From Octopus sinensis (lineage: Eukaryota), in the NCBI RefSeq assembly GCF_006345805.1, contig NC_043008.1, positions 40,424,001 to 40,488,000 of the forward strand: a stretch of 64,000 bases of DNA, given 5' to 3'. The position numbers and the translations under genes are program-made. Below, piece after piece: positions 27,148 through 40,961 of this stretch. Numbering within the stretch: the stretch's first letter is position 1; each line of letters begins with the position of its first letter. The notes under the pieces were generated by a model. It had not been told where the DNA came from. It made no database searches and saw only the letters and a program-made list of their open reading frames with translations.

Positions 27148-28506
27148 TGTGTGTATGTGTGTGTGTGCATGTGTGTGTGCATGTGTGTATACATGCATGA
27201 ATGTGTATATATATATATATATATACAGCACGTGTGAGTTTTCTGTAAGCGAATTCGAAAGAGTAAGAAAGATAGGTCTGTGTGTGTGTATACGTTGGTG
27301 TATGTATATGCGTGTGTATCTGCGTGTGTCCGTGTATTCCGTGTTTGTGTGCGTATGTGTGTGTGTGTGTTCGCACTACTGATTGGGAAGATTAAGGGAA
27401 TATCAGCTGACGCACTGCTCTTCAGTTTTCTGTTTGTTGAACTTCAAATAGAATTAACAACCAAAATTTTCATGAAACTCTCCATAATCCCAAAGTTTAA
27501 GCGTAACCGAATATCAAACTCTCCATAATCCCAAAGTTTAAGCGTAACCGAACATCAAACCGAATTTCGGCTGTGCACATACGTGTGTGATGAGAATACT
27601 GTTACCTATGGCTATTTATACACTTGTTAATACCCGGTCAACCCTCAAATATTTAGTCCTTTAAATATATTATTCTGACATATATTAGTCTTTCAATATA
27701 ATCCTGTTCTTGCAATTACACCATTGCTTCGATGAAGCATTAGCAAGTTATAATCCATGTAATAGTTGCATATGCTTGTTTCTGAACATTTAAACATATC
27801 TCAGCTAGTGGTTAGCATTTTTTGTTTTGCAAGATGCCAGATAATTAATCCTAGAAATATGAACAATTACTTTGTCACCAGATCTTGAATTCCTGGTAAA
27901 ATTAACAAAAATTATAATAAATATGTTTTCCCTTCCATCAACAGATCCCCAAAATATATCCACCTTGAAGGTTGTATGATCTTAAAATTTAGGTATGGAA
28001 GATTTAAAGCATAAGTACTATATGATTGATCCGAGTGATGTCATAAGACAGGTCGTAATTACTTGCGTTGTTTAGCATCTTTGGCATATTATTTAGTCCG
28101 GCTGGTGAGCTGGGGCTGCAGATTATAAGGCAATACCAATAAGCAGTGCTGAAAATACGGAGCGAACATGCACCCCCCCCCATATGTATACGATGTAATA
28201 GAATCAAATGCAACTCACAAAGTATAAGAAACCTCCTTAGGCCACATAAAGCGTTTAAGTGCTATATGACGTGCGTTTCACCAATATGCTTGGCAAGATG
28301 ATGTCGGTAGCATATGCGTGTTAGTAATTCACGAATAGATTAATGAGGCAGGTTTTGTGGTGTATATTTAGGGAGTGAATATGAAAAATAAATGTAAAGA
28401 ATTGACTGGATGGTCAGAGTAGATTTGAATGAAAAGGGTTCAAGGCTGTGGAGTGCTCTGATGGTTAGGCATGTGTGACATCCGTGCCAATGTGCTCCGA
28501 AATTTG

Positions 28507-28593
<87 letters not shown>

Positions 28594-28649
28594 ATGTATG
28601 ACACTGGCATCTCATTTTAATCAATTATATTAAAAAATCTTGAAATACT

Positions 28650-29085
28650 AAATAATAAATTTATTCAATAAAATCGACATTGGCTTCAACTACAGCCTCC
28701 GGATGACTTCGAAATCTCCCGCAATTCTTCAGGACGTTCTCCTTTAGTTGGTGAATGCTGCCATAATCCTTACCTCAAGTTCAACTTTGGCATTAGAAGG
28801 ACTTTTATTGCTCTCTGGCTCAACTGTACACCACAGAACATACTCGAAGTGGTTGCAGTCTGGTGAGTTAGGTGGCCAGATGTTAGGGCTGGTGTGGTCG
28901 CATAAATTGCCTGACATCCATGAGTGGACACTCCTGCTTTTGTTAACATGTACCTTCTTGCGACAAAGTAAACTCACTTAATAAATATATCCTTGGTCTA
29001 AAGTGTAGCCTGCGGTATACAACTCCCCACCCTGGATATTTATACTTCTGAGGTTCCGCTCGCTGTGAAACATATACAGCTCGGA
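28650..29085 (-). mobile_element. Tc1/mariner-superfamily (maT/rosa-like) transposase C-terminal relic
   Basis: SWMSGNLCDHTSPNIWPPNSPDCNHFEYVLWCTVE..ELEVRIMAAF (WPPxSPDLNPLDY motif), ending AVVEAN.DFIE*. Confidence 0.8.
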
Positions 29086-29134
29086 TCTTAACTGCTCCGT
29101 TACTTAACTCATATATATATATAGATAGATATAT

Positions 29135-29262
29135 ATATACGACGGACTTCTTTCAGTTTCCGTCTACCACATCACTGACAACACTTTAGTCGGCCCAAGG
29201 TTATAGTAGAAGACAATTTCCCAAGGTGCCACGCAGTCGGACTAAACGCGGAATCATGTGTG
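29135..29262 (-). mobile_element. Fragment of the same SINE family
   Basis: Reverse complement reads GCGTGGCACCTTGGGAAATTGTCTTCTACTATAACCTTGGGCCGAC..GTAGACGGAAACTGAAAGAAG. Confidence 0.65.
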
Positions 29263-29437
29263 CGTGCATGCGAATGTCTGCGTATATATAGAAACACACA
29301 CACACCTACACACACACAAACACACACACAGATATATATATATATATATATATAATGATGTTTTATTGCTACTGCTTTTCAGCCCCAAGAAACGCAGTTT
29401 CTAGCCGGTTATATAACACAAGCGTTCTGTATATATA

Positions 29438-29503
<66 letters not shown>

Positions 29504-32500
29504 ATTTATCTACAGAGAAACAGAGGCGGGGTGGGAATACACATATATTTAATATTTACTAAAGAGTGAATCGCTCACGGCTCTAGATTTTAAGTAAGTG
29601 ATCAATATATCCGCAATAACGAGCGTGATTTTGAAGGGAAACACAATATAGAAATATGATGTATAACTCTTTTATATATTTTACCAGACAGAAAATATCA
29701 TAGATTTTCATCATCACTAAATATTTGACTGTAATATTTCACCACGTTTTTCAATTTTATATTGTTTACCTTATTGTAATATCCGACTGCTGAATAGTTT
29801 GTCCAGTACTACTACTCCTTTATATTTGTATTTCGATAAAATAAACGCTAGTGATATAGAACTTGTTCGACAATACCAGCATTCCAAACATCTAAAATAA
29901 TCGACCCTCTGTCTGACGGAATGTACTGTCTACTTGATGAATACAAAATTAAGAAATCTAAACAAAAGCACAGAAAAACTTTCCTAGATATCATCATTTT
30001 AAATAATAGTCTAATTACACACATTGCATGAGTTTAAATTACTGTGAAATGGCTTCATTAACTTCGAAAAGAAAGCACAAATAACATTTCAAAATTTTGT
30101 CCAAAATAACACATTCATATACAAATATATATGGTAAGCTAAATTCGCTGAAACAATGTGAGTCTATTTTTATAGAGTATACTTTATAATAGAAATCCTA
30201 AATGAAAAAGAAAAAAATACATCAGACAATAAACTACGTATAATGATGCTTACACGTGCGGGCGCACACATAGGCATACACTCATATGTTTATCTGCATT
30301 GTATTATGATGTGAAAAGAAGAAAACAAAAGCAAAAAGAAAAATGGAAACAGTCATTCAGCGATACGTTGCATTTCCTTGGGCGAGGTGTCGGTGTAGTG
30401 TATTATATAATTAACTGGCTTTAATTTGTAAAGCGCAGAAATGTATACACGCACAGGCACACATACACGTATATATACATATGTATATGTTTATGTAAAT
30501 ATGTGTGTGTGTGTGAACGGTTGTACCTGACATTGTTTAACGGGTTATTATGAGAAATGATGGCTCATGACATTTTCTACCAGAAGAAACAACGAAGTAA
30601 TTTTTAGTGAAGTTAGCCACCATAAATCTATGCGTGAGACATGACAAAAACGCGTGGCCAATATACTAGAAATGTTCATATCGTTAGGTAACTCTCTAAA
30701 ACATTCTATGGTATTCAGTTCTATTTCAGAATGTTGTAAGTTCAGTTCTCACAAAATAATTTTACTACGTTCATTCTTGTTATGTCTTATATGTAATACT
30801 CAAACGCAAGTGACTATTAAATCGTATTTGGTCCTACTCTTAAAGTGGAGGCATTTTGTTTGCGTTATAAAATATTTTGTAGAAGAGTAACACGAACTGG
30901 AATTATATGAGCGTTCGTATTTTATCGATCCATGCAGGATTGATTGTGAGAAAACTTAGAATCAAGGACTGGATTTAATCGAATATTCCCAGCTTCCAAA
31001 TGAATGATTCTGAACCCATGTGAAAAATCTTTATCAATCTTTCAAAGTGAATACGCAGTAAAATCGATACCGCATCAGGTAAAATGCTTTACAGCTTGTA
31101 GTTACTTCTTTTAACGTGTGACTTCAGATATGCTGTGGCTGACATTGCCTTTCTTTCTTCCTAGACCGATAAAAATTTTGCATTCTCGGATTAGCCATAA
31201 TATATTCATCTACAATCTCTTAACAAGCTTTATTTTGGTGTGAATATTTCAGAAATCCTTATCTCTAACAATTTTCTGCTAGGCTCCACGTATGTAGAAC
31301 TTAACATCCGTATACCATTGAAAACAATCGATTATTAAAGCAACATTTTTATTGTTCTGCTTCTTCGGAATATATTTGACCTACAGGTTATAGAACGAAA
31401 CCTAGAATATATCCTGTAGTCCACAAAAGGGTTTTATTGCATATTTACTTAGTAACAAGTACAACGGTTTTGAGAACAGGACAATAGAATAACAATGTTT
31501 GCTAATGGCATATTATACAATCGACCCCGACTTGATGCAAGGCAGAGTGGTTCACGACATGATTTGACAAAGAAACGGAAGTAACCAGGCTTATGACGTT
31601 AAGCTTCTTCGATTTTTAAGTATTATACCCATCTTCAGATCTACTTATGTGAAATAATTCACTGTATTTCAGTTAGTTTAGGAAATTTTGTTTAAATACA
31701 CCTCAGTGCATGTCTGTTATTGTATTTTTATCAAAATCCGAAGGGATGCGTCGTTTGGCTGGATTTGAACTCAAACTGTGAAGAACCGCAAATAAATAAT
31801 CTAATGCATTTTATTCGACCCTGTAATGTGTTTACCTATCCGAAATGCCTCCCCTACTGTAATAAGGGTTTGCGTTTAAGGGGTTTAGGGTTAGAAAATC
31901 CTAGCGATTTTAAAAACATTATTTGATACAGCATCGAATCCGTACCACCAGTATTTGATTAAGTACTATGATTAGCCAACCACAAATGATTTAATGATGA
32001 ACTTGACTTCGGTGGGAGAAGAAAAACAGGCGGAAGAAAAGACCTAAGCATTTTCAGACTTTGTTAATATTCTATCAAATTTCAACTCTAAGCTCTTGTA
32101 ATAATTCTTTGTAAATTCGGTACATGGTCAGAAATTTTGAGGGGTAATAAAATCAATTACACGGAACACAACTCACCGTGGTTACTCATTTTATAGACTG
32201 TGAGAGTATATATATCATTCCAAACGCTTAATGATTATGAATATCATGTAATGTTTCGCATAAGGTATATCAGGGAATTTTTAAATTGGAGTTGCGTTCA
32301 CTGTTTTACGAGCACCTTAGCAGATCTGAAATATATGTAAAAAATCAAAACTTATCAAGAAATTAGATCGACATGATAATAATGCTGTTGCTTTTGCGTA
32401 ATATATAATGAGAAATAAATGTAAATGGAGCTGGGATGTCCCTAGCGTAAGCGGTAAAAGCATCTCAAGATGATCTGGAGAGATAACAATATGAAATAGA

Positions 32501-32693
32501 GCTGTGGTATGCTTAAATCCCATTCAATAAAAAAAAAACGATTGTTGGAGATAAAATGAGAATAGATGAAGATATACGAATTGGCTTAACCGATTAGGAC
32601 TTTGAATGCGTATGACTGCGTATGTATATATGTATGTATGAATGTATATATGTATATATATGTATATATGTATATGATTACATCATCATAAAA

Positions 32694-32763
32694 ATATGTT
32701 CATGCATCCGTTTGTGTATGTATATGTGTATTTATATGTGTAAGTATGTATGTGTGGGTCCAC

Positions 32764-32829
<66 letters not shown>

Positions 32830-33025
32830 AAGGAATGAATAGATTATGACGGAACCATGGTATGCTTTGCTTTCTGACTTTTTAATCATCTCATAGTAAT
32901 GACTTTTATGGCTTTTATTACTACCTCAGTCCATCTAAATGTATATATATATCTGTCGTTACTTTTCATAAAAAGACTTTTCTTTTTTTTATAACGCGCA
33001 TTTTCGTTGATTTTTCTTATTCTCC

Positions 33026-33099
<74 letters not shown>

Positions 33100-33311
33100 A
33101 TATCTATATATATCGATGATATGAAGATATAAATAATTTAATAACATTTTGAGCGTTTGTCTCCATTTTCAATGTTTCCTACGTCCAGCTAAATACGTTT
33201 CGTTTCTCCCGGGTATTAGCTCCCACAGAAGTGTGATTTCTGATTCCTTGGACACTTAGGTGACATCTGAAATTATACCCCTTTATACACACACACACAC
33301 ACACACACACA

Positions 33312-33366
<55 letters not shown>

Positions 33367-33455
33367 CATATATATATACACACATATATATAATATATAT
33401 AGATATATATACCTATATATATATTATATATATATATATGTGTTATATATATATG

Positions 33456-33498
<43 letters not shown>

Positions 33499-33725
33499 GT
33501 GTGTGTGTGTGTGTGTATAAAGGGGTATAATTTCAAGGTAGTCAGATGTCACCTAAGTGTCCAAGGAATCAGAAATCACACTTCTGTGGGAGCTAATACC
33601 CGGGAGAAACGAAACGTATTTAGCTGGACGTAGGAAACATTGAAAATGGAGACAACGCTCAAAATGTTATTAAATCATTTATATCTTCATATCATCGATA
33701 ATATAGATATAGGTATATATATATA

Positions 33726-33818
<93 letters not shown>

Positions 33819-34116
33819 TATAGGGGGAGAATAAGAAAAATCAACGAAAATGCGCATTATAGAAAAAAAGAAAAGTCTTTTTATGAAAGGTAACGACAGA
33901 TATATATATACATTTAGATGGACTCAGGTAGTAATAAAAGCCATAAAAGTCATTACTATGAGATGATTAAAAAGTCAGAAAGCAAAGCATACCATGGCTC
34001 CGTCATAATCTATTCATTCCTTTGATATATATATATATATATATACGTGGACCCACACATACATACTTACACATATAAATACACATATACATACACAAAC
34101 GGATGCATGAACATAT
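32694..34116. repeat. ~1.4-kb near-perfect palindrome centred on a (CA)n-(TA)n-(TG)n tract
   Basis: 32694-~33320 is the reverse complement of ~33490-34116, with a few substitutions and one 9-bp indel. Confidence 0.95.
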
Positions 34117-34800
34117 AAGTATATGCATAAACATATATACACATACAAATCCATACATAAGCACACACATCCATACATACATTCATACATGTACATATAT
34201 AAATATGCATGCATATACATACCAGAACGCCTACGAACATACTCACATATACATTTATGGAAAAGATGTTGTGAAGGGATCTCTAGTAATTTGAAACGTA
34301 AAGGAGAAAGGCAGGTATTAACAAATAGAGATTGGATGATAGAAGGAAAGAAAAGATGAAAGAGTGAATAGTAGGTAGGGAAAGTAAGAATAAAGAATAA
34401 AGATAAAGGTGTAATTAGTTGAGGGGTAAATCCTTAAATCCTTTAAAATGTTATAGCCCGAAGGCCGCGGCCATGCTGGGGCACCACCGGTGTTAATATT
34501 TCAAATGTTTTGGATTATCCTGAGTTTACTTCTTTAGCATATGTACTACTCTTTGATAATCATGTTAGTAAGTTTCCTTGTATCATAAGCTCCGTGCCTT
34601 AATTCGAATGCCCTATGAAGATGAAGAATTTTAATTTCGAAATTATGTATAGACAGCGTTTGGCAACAGATGTAGAAACGGCCGTAAGATTTGTTATGTT
34701 ATGTTTTTTTTTGTATTAAAAACTAAGTTATATAAATGTGGCCCATTCGATGAGTTTGTTAATCCGAGGTTTTCTCAGTTTTCTTATTATTTGTATATAT

Positions 34801-34834
<34 letters not shown>

Positions 34835-37800
34835 TGGAGTTTCTCACATCTGTTAAAATGTCTAATTGATGAGCACTGTTGTTTATATCCTCACTGATGA
34901 GATTCATGCATTGCTCCACATTATTCATTCTGTCGGATTTCTTTTGAATGCACGTATCGAAACTTATGTCGATGACATGACGATATAAATAATTTAATAA
35001 TATCGTGAACGTTTGTCTCCATTTTCAATTTTTACCATACATATATAAACATAGAGACAGACAGACACACAAAGTCACAGGTACATAAGCACCCACATAC
35101 TTACACGTGAATAGATTCTCACAAATATATGTATAATAAAAAAAATACGGTTGGTTTCAGACAAATGTTAAGCAGTTCTTAAGTTGTTTGAGAAATTGCT
35201 TAACATATTGCTATTTCCTTTACACTAAAATATTCTTTGAATCGCAACACTACTGCAAAGAAGGTAGTTCACTAAGAAAAATGAGAAAAAATACTAATAG
35301 CGAATGCCAATATTGAAAATATTGCATATCAACAATCATGATTTTACTGCAAGCAAAATTCGTGATCTTGTAGTGTATGTTATAGATATCGAATTTTCTA
35401 AGTCTGGAATACGATATGTTTTTGAACAGTAGAGAATATATATTTGGTTCTCAGAAATATATAAGTGATTTTGATAATTTTCGTCATGCTTTACAAAAAA
35501 ATATTCCCGTTACCTAAAGTAATTTCTGTCAAAGAATGTAATAATAATCTTTTAGAATATCATAATATAAAACGCGTAACGACGAACAGGACATTTTAAT
35601 CTTTGATTTAGATTAAGATGTTTTCAGTTTGAGGACACGTATTTGTATCATTGTTGTTCATAGGACATGTGATTGTTACATCGATTTATGTCTACTCATT
35701 GTAATGGATAGAAGAAATGCTAAAAAATAAAGCATATGTGTTAGGGAGCCGGAAACAATTATAGAAAGAGAATACAAATTCGAAAGTCTATGTTATACGT
35801 ATATCTGGCAAATTATATTGCTTATTGCAACTTAGGAAGTGGCACATGATCAAAAACGCCAGGAAAATTAATCTGAGTATGTAGTCAGATAGAATGAAAG
35901 ATACACCTTTTAACTGAAATGATTGCATATAAAGTTAACTTGTGAATCCTCTAAGTTAAATATGCGTATGCAGACACATTCACAAACACAAACACACGCA
36001 TATAAGTATATATATATATATATATGTATGCATATATACACATATATACGCACATATACTTATATATGAGTACACTTTACGGGCTTTCCTAGTCTATACT
36101 TTTTCAGTCATATAAGTACTTTTTTATGGGAAGTACTCAATCTCGCTGCGCTTGCAAGGCATCAAGTTTTTAAACCACTTGATGAGTGTCAAGGGACATA
36201 TCTACATTTTATTTTTACTCTGGCTTAAACGCTGACTATTTCATCATAAATATGTGCCGATATAAAATTAGTCCAAAAATCGGTTCAGGGAAATAAATCA
36301 GAGCAGATAGTGCCATATTTATGAAAAAATATAGACAAATATGTGTTAATAAAATATCATAAAACATAAATTAATTCTTTATAAAAATTATGAAAATGTG
36401 AGTGGAGAAGCTCCACTTGAAAAAGCGTAAATAAATCCACTAACACAAAGTCTTTCAATCTCTTTAATAAAAAAAAACTGTTCATTGTTTTCCCTTCTGA
36501 GGACAAAAATAGGCATGAGTAGGCGCCATCAGCACGAAAATTGTCCTAAAATATATCCAGTAACCAAAGGGCATATAGCTATACAGTAATCCATTGCCAT
36601 ATCGCGGTTCACCTATCACTGCTTATTGTTTAAGCTTATGTCAAATTCCTCTTTGGTGTTCATTTGCATATATAATAAAATAACTATATGCAAATTATAA
36701 AAATGAATTATAAAAAAAATATACAGTATGTTTTCTGCTTCGTGAATTTTCACCTATCGTGGGGTGCTTTGAAACGTAACACCTGCGATAGTCGAGGGAT
36801 TATTGTACAAATATAGAAAACGTGTAAAACAGATTTGTAGTCGTTTTTGTCATGGCGATTAATGAGCCAGAACCATATGTTCAATACATCCCTGTTACAT
36901 AGAGACAAAAATCTTGTCGGTTTTATAAATAGCATGTCAAGTTTGTCGAATTCTTGATCCTAGATTTTATCGCCTCTCATATATACATGCACTGAATTAT
37001 TATTGGTAATTCAAGCACATGACCTAGAACCAGGACTTGTTTAAATATATCAATAATATATGTTGTATTGTATTTCATATAGCTGTGCGTATTTACGTTA
37101 TGTGTGTGTGTGTATGTGTGTGTGAATTATGAGTTAGAGGTTATTCAACCGTCTAAGGGATAAATGTATCCGTAGGCACTACAGGTGTATTAGCTAACTT
37201 TTTTCTCTTATCTATCTATCTATCTATTTATATACGTGTGTATGTGTGTGTGTATATACATATGTGTGTGTGGGCTACTGGTCAATCTATAGCCGATATT
37301 GCATAATTCCAAGTGGATGTGTATGTATATATGTGATTTCTGAGTATTTGCATATGTCTATACGTGGTACGGAATAATACATTTGCATTTACCAGCATGG
37401 CGTTTGTAAATCTAAACCCATGTGTTTTGGGCTGCGTGACTCATATTATCTGCCCATTAACACCTACAGAATAGAAAGCCATGGAAATTTAAAGGCATCT
37501 TATATCACATACGCATTCTCTTTACCAATATGGTGAACTCCCTATCAATCTCCTACTTTCTTTCTTCGCTAATTCTCTCCCTCACTAATAATCTCTCTCT
37601 CAAGTTTTTTCTCGCTTTGCTTCTCCGCATTTTCTCTCTCTCTCTACCTCTCCCTCTCTCTCTCTCTCTCACTGTTCGTGACTATTTTCTTTATGTTTTC
37701 CCGGGGTTTCCCCACACCCGTCACGCCACTTACCTTCACTAGGTAGCGGGTTTTACCTCCATTTCAACTGACATTCTAGCTTAAGTCTGACAAGTAAACA

Positions 37801-38239
37801 TGCACCTTGATTTCATTTTTCCTTCCTCTGGTACATTGTAATACTTCGTCTCCTGTTCCATAATCTATAGGACCCAAAAACGTTATTTGACCTACTCGTC
37901 AACTTCCTACTTATGCTTGATAGCATTTTTCTCTTTGAAGTATTACGATTCTTCATTTAATTAGTTCCTATTCTCTGACTCGATGTATTATTTCTTTACT
38001 TCTCATGTTTTTGTCATACTCTTACATGTTTAATGTTTGAAAAGCTCTCTCTATTTCTCTTTCTCACGTTTTCAGTCTCTCTTATTCTCACGCTTTTTCT
38101 TTCTGTCTCACGCATTCTCTCTCTCAATCTATAAAGCGTTTTTAGTTTTCAGACAATTTTAGAGCATTACCTTGAAGAACTTAGTCGCAAAAATCGATAC
38201 CAGTTATTTTTTAAACCTTGCATTTATTCAGTCATAAGC

Positions 38240-38490
38240 TTTTACCTCAGTGGTATGTTACAGGGACATAAACAAAGCTACACTTGTTGACACGTGATGA
38301 TAGAGGCAACATGTACAAAGGCTCACATAGATACAAACATACATACAAATATACGACGGTATTCTTACTGGTTCGAAACATACTGACAACGCCGTGGTTA
38401 GGTCGGAAAACACAGAAGATTGCATGTAGTAGGACCGAACTGGAAACCAAGTGGTTGGGAAGCAAACTTCTTACCACATAGCCATATCAT
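38240..38490 (-). mobile_element. Decayed copy of the same SINE family
   Basis: TGGTTGGGAAGCAAACTTCTTACCACATAGCC head in reverse; a similar short head lies at 22765-22805. Confidence 0.65.
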
Positions 38491-38813
38491 AATGCGTGAG
38501 ACGGAGATGGGTAGCCGCACGGCTTTTTGTGTTATGTATGATTATTAGAATTATTCTAGTTTGTGTTGTTTGTTTTCGTCTTCGCTCTGTACGTTCGTTA
38601 GTTATTCCCAGTAACCTTTTGCTACTGGCATCAACAAAAACGAATGGTGGCAATGATAACGGCATGAAACTATTATGATCTCTGGGGCACTGACAGATGC
38701 GGAAATAGCTAAGAATTTTCCGTGTGTTATGGTTTAGATTAAATTTTCCATTTGTTATATATTTATTAAATCCTTGTTATATTTTCATTAAAATATACTT
38801 TTTATGAAATCCA

Positions 38814-38873
<60 letters not shown>

Positions 38874-38874
38874 A

Positions 38875-38985
<111 letters not shown>

Positions 38986-39971
38986 ATGTGTATGCATACA
39001 TGCATAATATACATATATATGTATATTACAACGATTTTCAGTTATGTACGTGTTTAGGTTGGTACGCGTTGCTTGGTTGCATAAAAAATAACGAATGTTG
39101 TAATGTAAGCATTTTTGGTGACGTTTACAAATAATTCATGCAACTTTTCATTTAAAGATTGGTTTATTATCACAGGATATGAAATTGCTGTCGTGACATA
39201 ACTGTTACTGAACTCAGCTGATGACATATTAATCTGCTTTTAAGGTTTCTTAATTTTTGCTTCGAGGAGATGAAACAGCTTAATTGAATTTCATTATACG
39301 ATTAGTTTGCAAATTTTCCCAATTATTACGAAATATAATTGCATGAAGAAACTGTAGCGCTAATAAGTTTGTCTACATTATAGAATATTTCAATATATAT
39401 TTTGAAGTTTTTTTTTATCTGAAGAGTAATGACATTTGTCAAAAGTATCAACCTCAACAATTTGTATTTCGTTAAATAATTTTAGCATTTTGACGTCTAG
39501 AGATTGTCGAAAGGACACCACCGTGCTTCCATGAAACTAATATGTAATAACTACACACGAGGATTACATCATCATAAAAATTCAATTAGTGTTTGATATT
39601 TAGTATTATTTCACTACTAACATACCATACTTTAAAAAGTGTCAAATGTGAGCAATAATGAAAGTTTAAGGTAGAGAAATTCATGCGTTCATGTGAGTGA
39701 TATGATAGCTTAGAACCACTTGGATTTTTACTGGCATGTGGCATTACATGGTAGTTGTCCTTGATTTTATAATTATGATTTTATAATTATATTTATAACA
39801 TTAGCTATTTTTGTATATGTGGAGTAGTATTATAACACATATCATTTTGATATATACATACATATATATATATATATATTTTCGACATTTCGACATTTAC
39901 GTGTATTGTTTTTGTTTTTGTTTTTTCCAGTTTCAGCTCTTGAGCTGTGGCCATGCTGGGGCACCGCCATT

Positions 39972-40133
39972 GTGGTGAAAGAGTACAGCAGGGATCACCC
40001 CCCCCCCCCTGCCGGAGCCTCGTAGAGCTTGTAGGTGTTTTCGCTCAATAAACACACACAACGCCCAGTCTGAGAATCGAAACCGCGATCCTGCGACCGC
40101 GAGTCCGCTGCCCTAACCACTAGGCCATTGCGC

Positions 40134-40135
<2 letters not shown>
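39972..40135 (-). mobile_element. tRNA-derived SINE, 5' part (AGGCGCAATGGCC.AGTGGTTAGGGCAGCGGAC family)
   Basis: Minus-strand A box TGGCCTAGTGG and B box GTTTCGATTC; nearly identical to 40384-40545. Confidence 0.85.
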
Positions 40136-40232
<97 letters not shown>

Positions 40233-40249
40233 TAAATACATATATATAT

Positions 40250-40544
40250 CACGTGATCACGGGACCGACCAGACCATCAGATGTTTTACACATCGCTGGT
40301 CACAATGCGTTCGCATTGTTTTAGCCTTCGATGACGCCACCCCGCTGGCTAAGCGAGCAGGCCAACAGGAGAGTGAGAGAAAGAGTGGTGAAAGAGTACA
40401 GCAGGGATCACCACCCCCTGCCGGAGCATCGTGGAGCTTTTAGGTGTTTTCGCTTAATAAACACTCACAACGCCCGGTCTGGGAATCGAAACCGCGTTCC
40501 TACGACCGCGAGTCCGCTGCCCTAACCACTATATATATATGCCT

Positions 40545-40545
<1 letters not shown>
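40250..40545 (-). mobile_element. tRNA-derived SINE of the same family, longer copy
   Basis: Shares GTGGTGAAAGAGTACAGCAGGGATCACC..GAATCGAAACCGCG..CCCTAACCACT with 39972-40135 and has additional 3' body. Confidence 0.85.
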
Positions 40546-40586
<41 letters not shown>

Positions 40587-40785
40587 TATATATATAGATA
40601 AGAAAGTTTGTTTGGTAAAGCACGTGGGTGAATATATAAGAAAATGGTAAAGTGTGAAAAAACGACAGAAGGCTTAAATGTTAAAAAATATATATATTTG
40701 TGTCAAAATGTCTGGAGAATATTGGAAATTTTTTTTTTTTTTTTTTTTTTCCTTTCCTTAAAATGACATGATTTAAAATTTTTTA

Positions 40786-40825
40786 AAGAAATTACCGGTT
40801 TCGCGTGTAGCTTTTCAAATTTCTT
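40786..40825 (-). ncRNA. Minimal type-I hammerhead ribozyme, U3-A8 core variant (3' UTR copy of the PLE)
   Basis: Exact reverse complement of 44714-44753, located downstream of the GIY-YIG stop codon (40962). Confidence 0.8.
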
Positions 40826-40961
40826 GTGACGTTATGTTTATATTGCATGGAGTTATCGTTGTTTTTATTTCCAGGAGATTTCTAAATAAGGGGAGGTAGT
40901 GAGTGATTTCTTCCGGTGTAAGGGAGATAATCGCTTAAATTTTTTTTTTCCCTTTTCCTTG

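Noticed and set aside
27945-27992. 48-nt possible plus-strand exon (SPKYIHLEGCMILKF)
   Set aside because: Good acceptor but no recognisable domain or linked exons; expected by chance.
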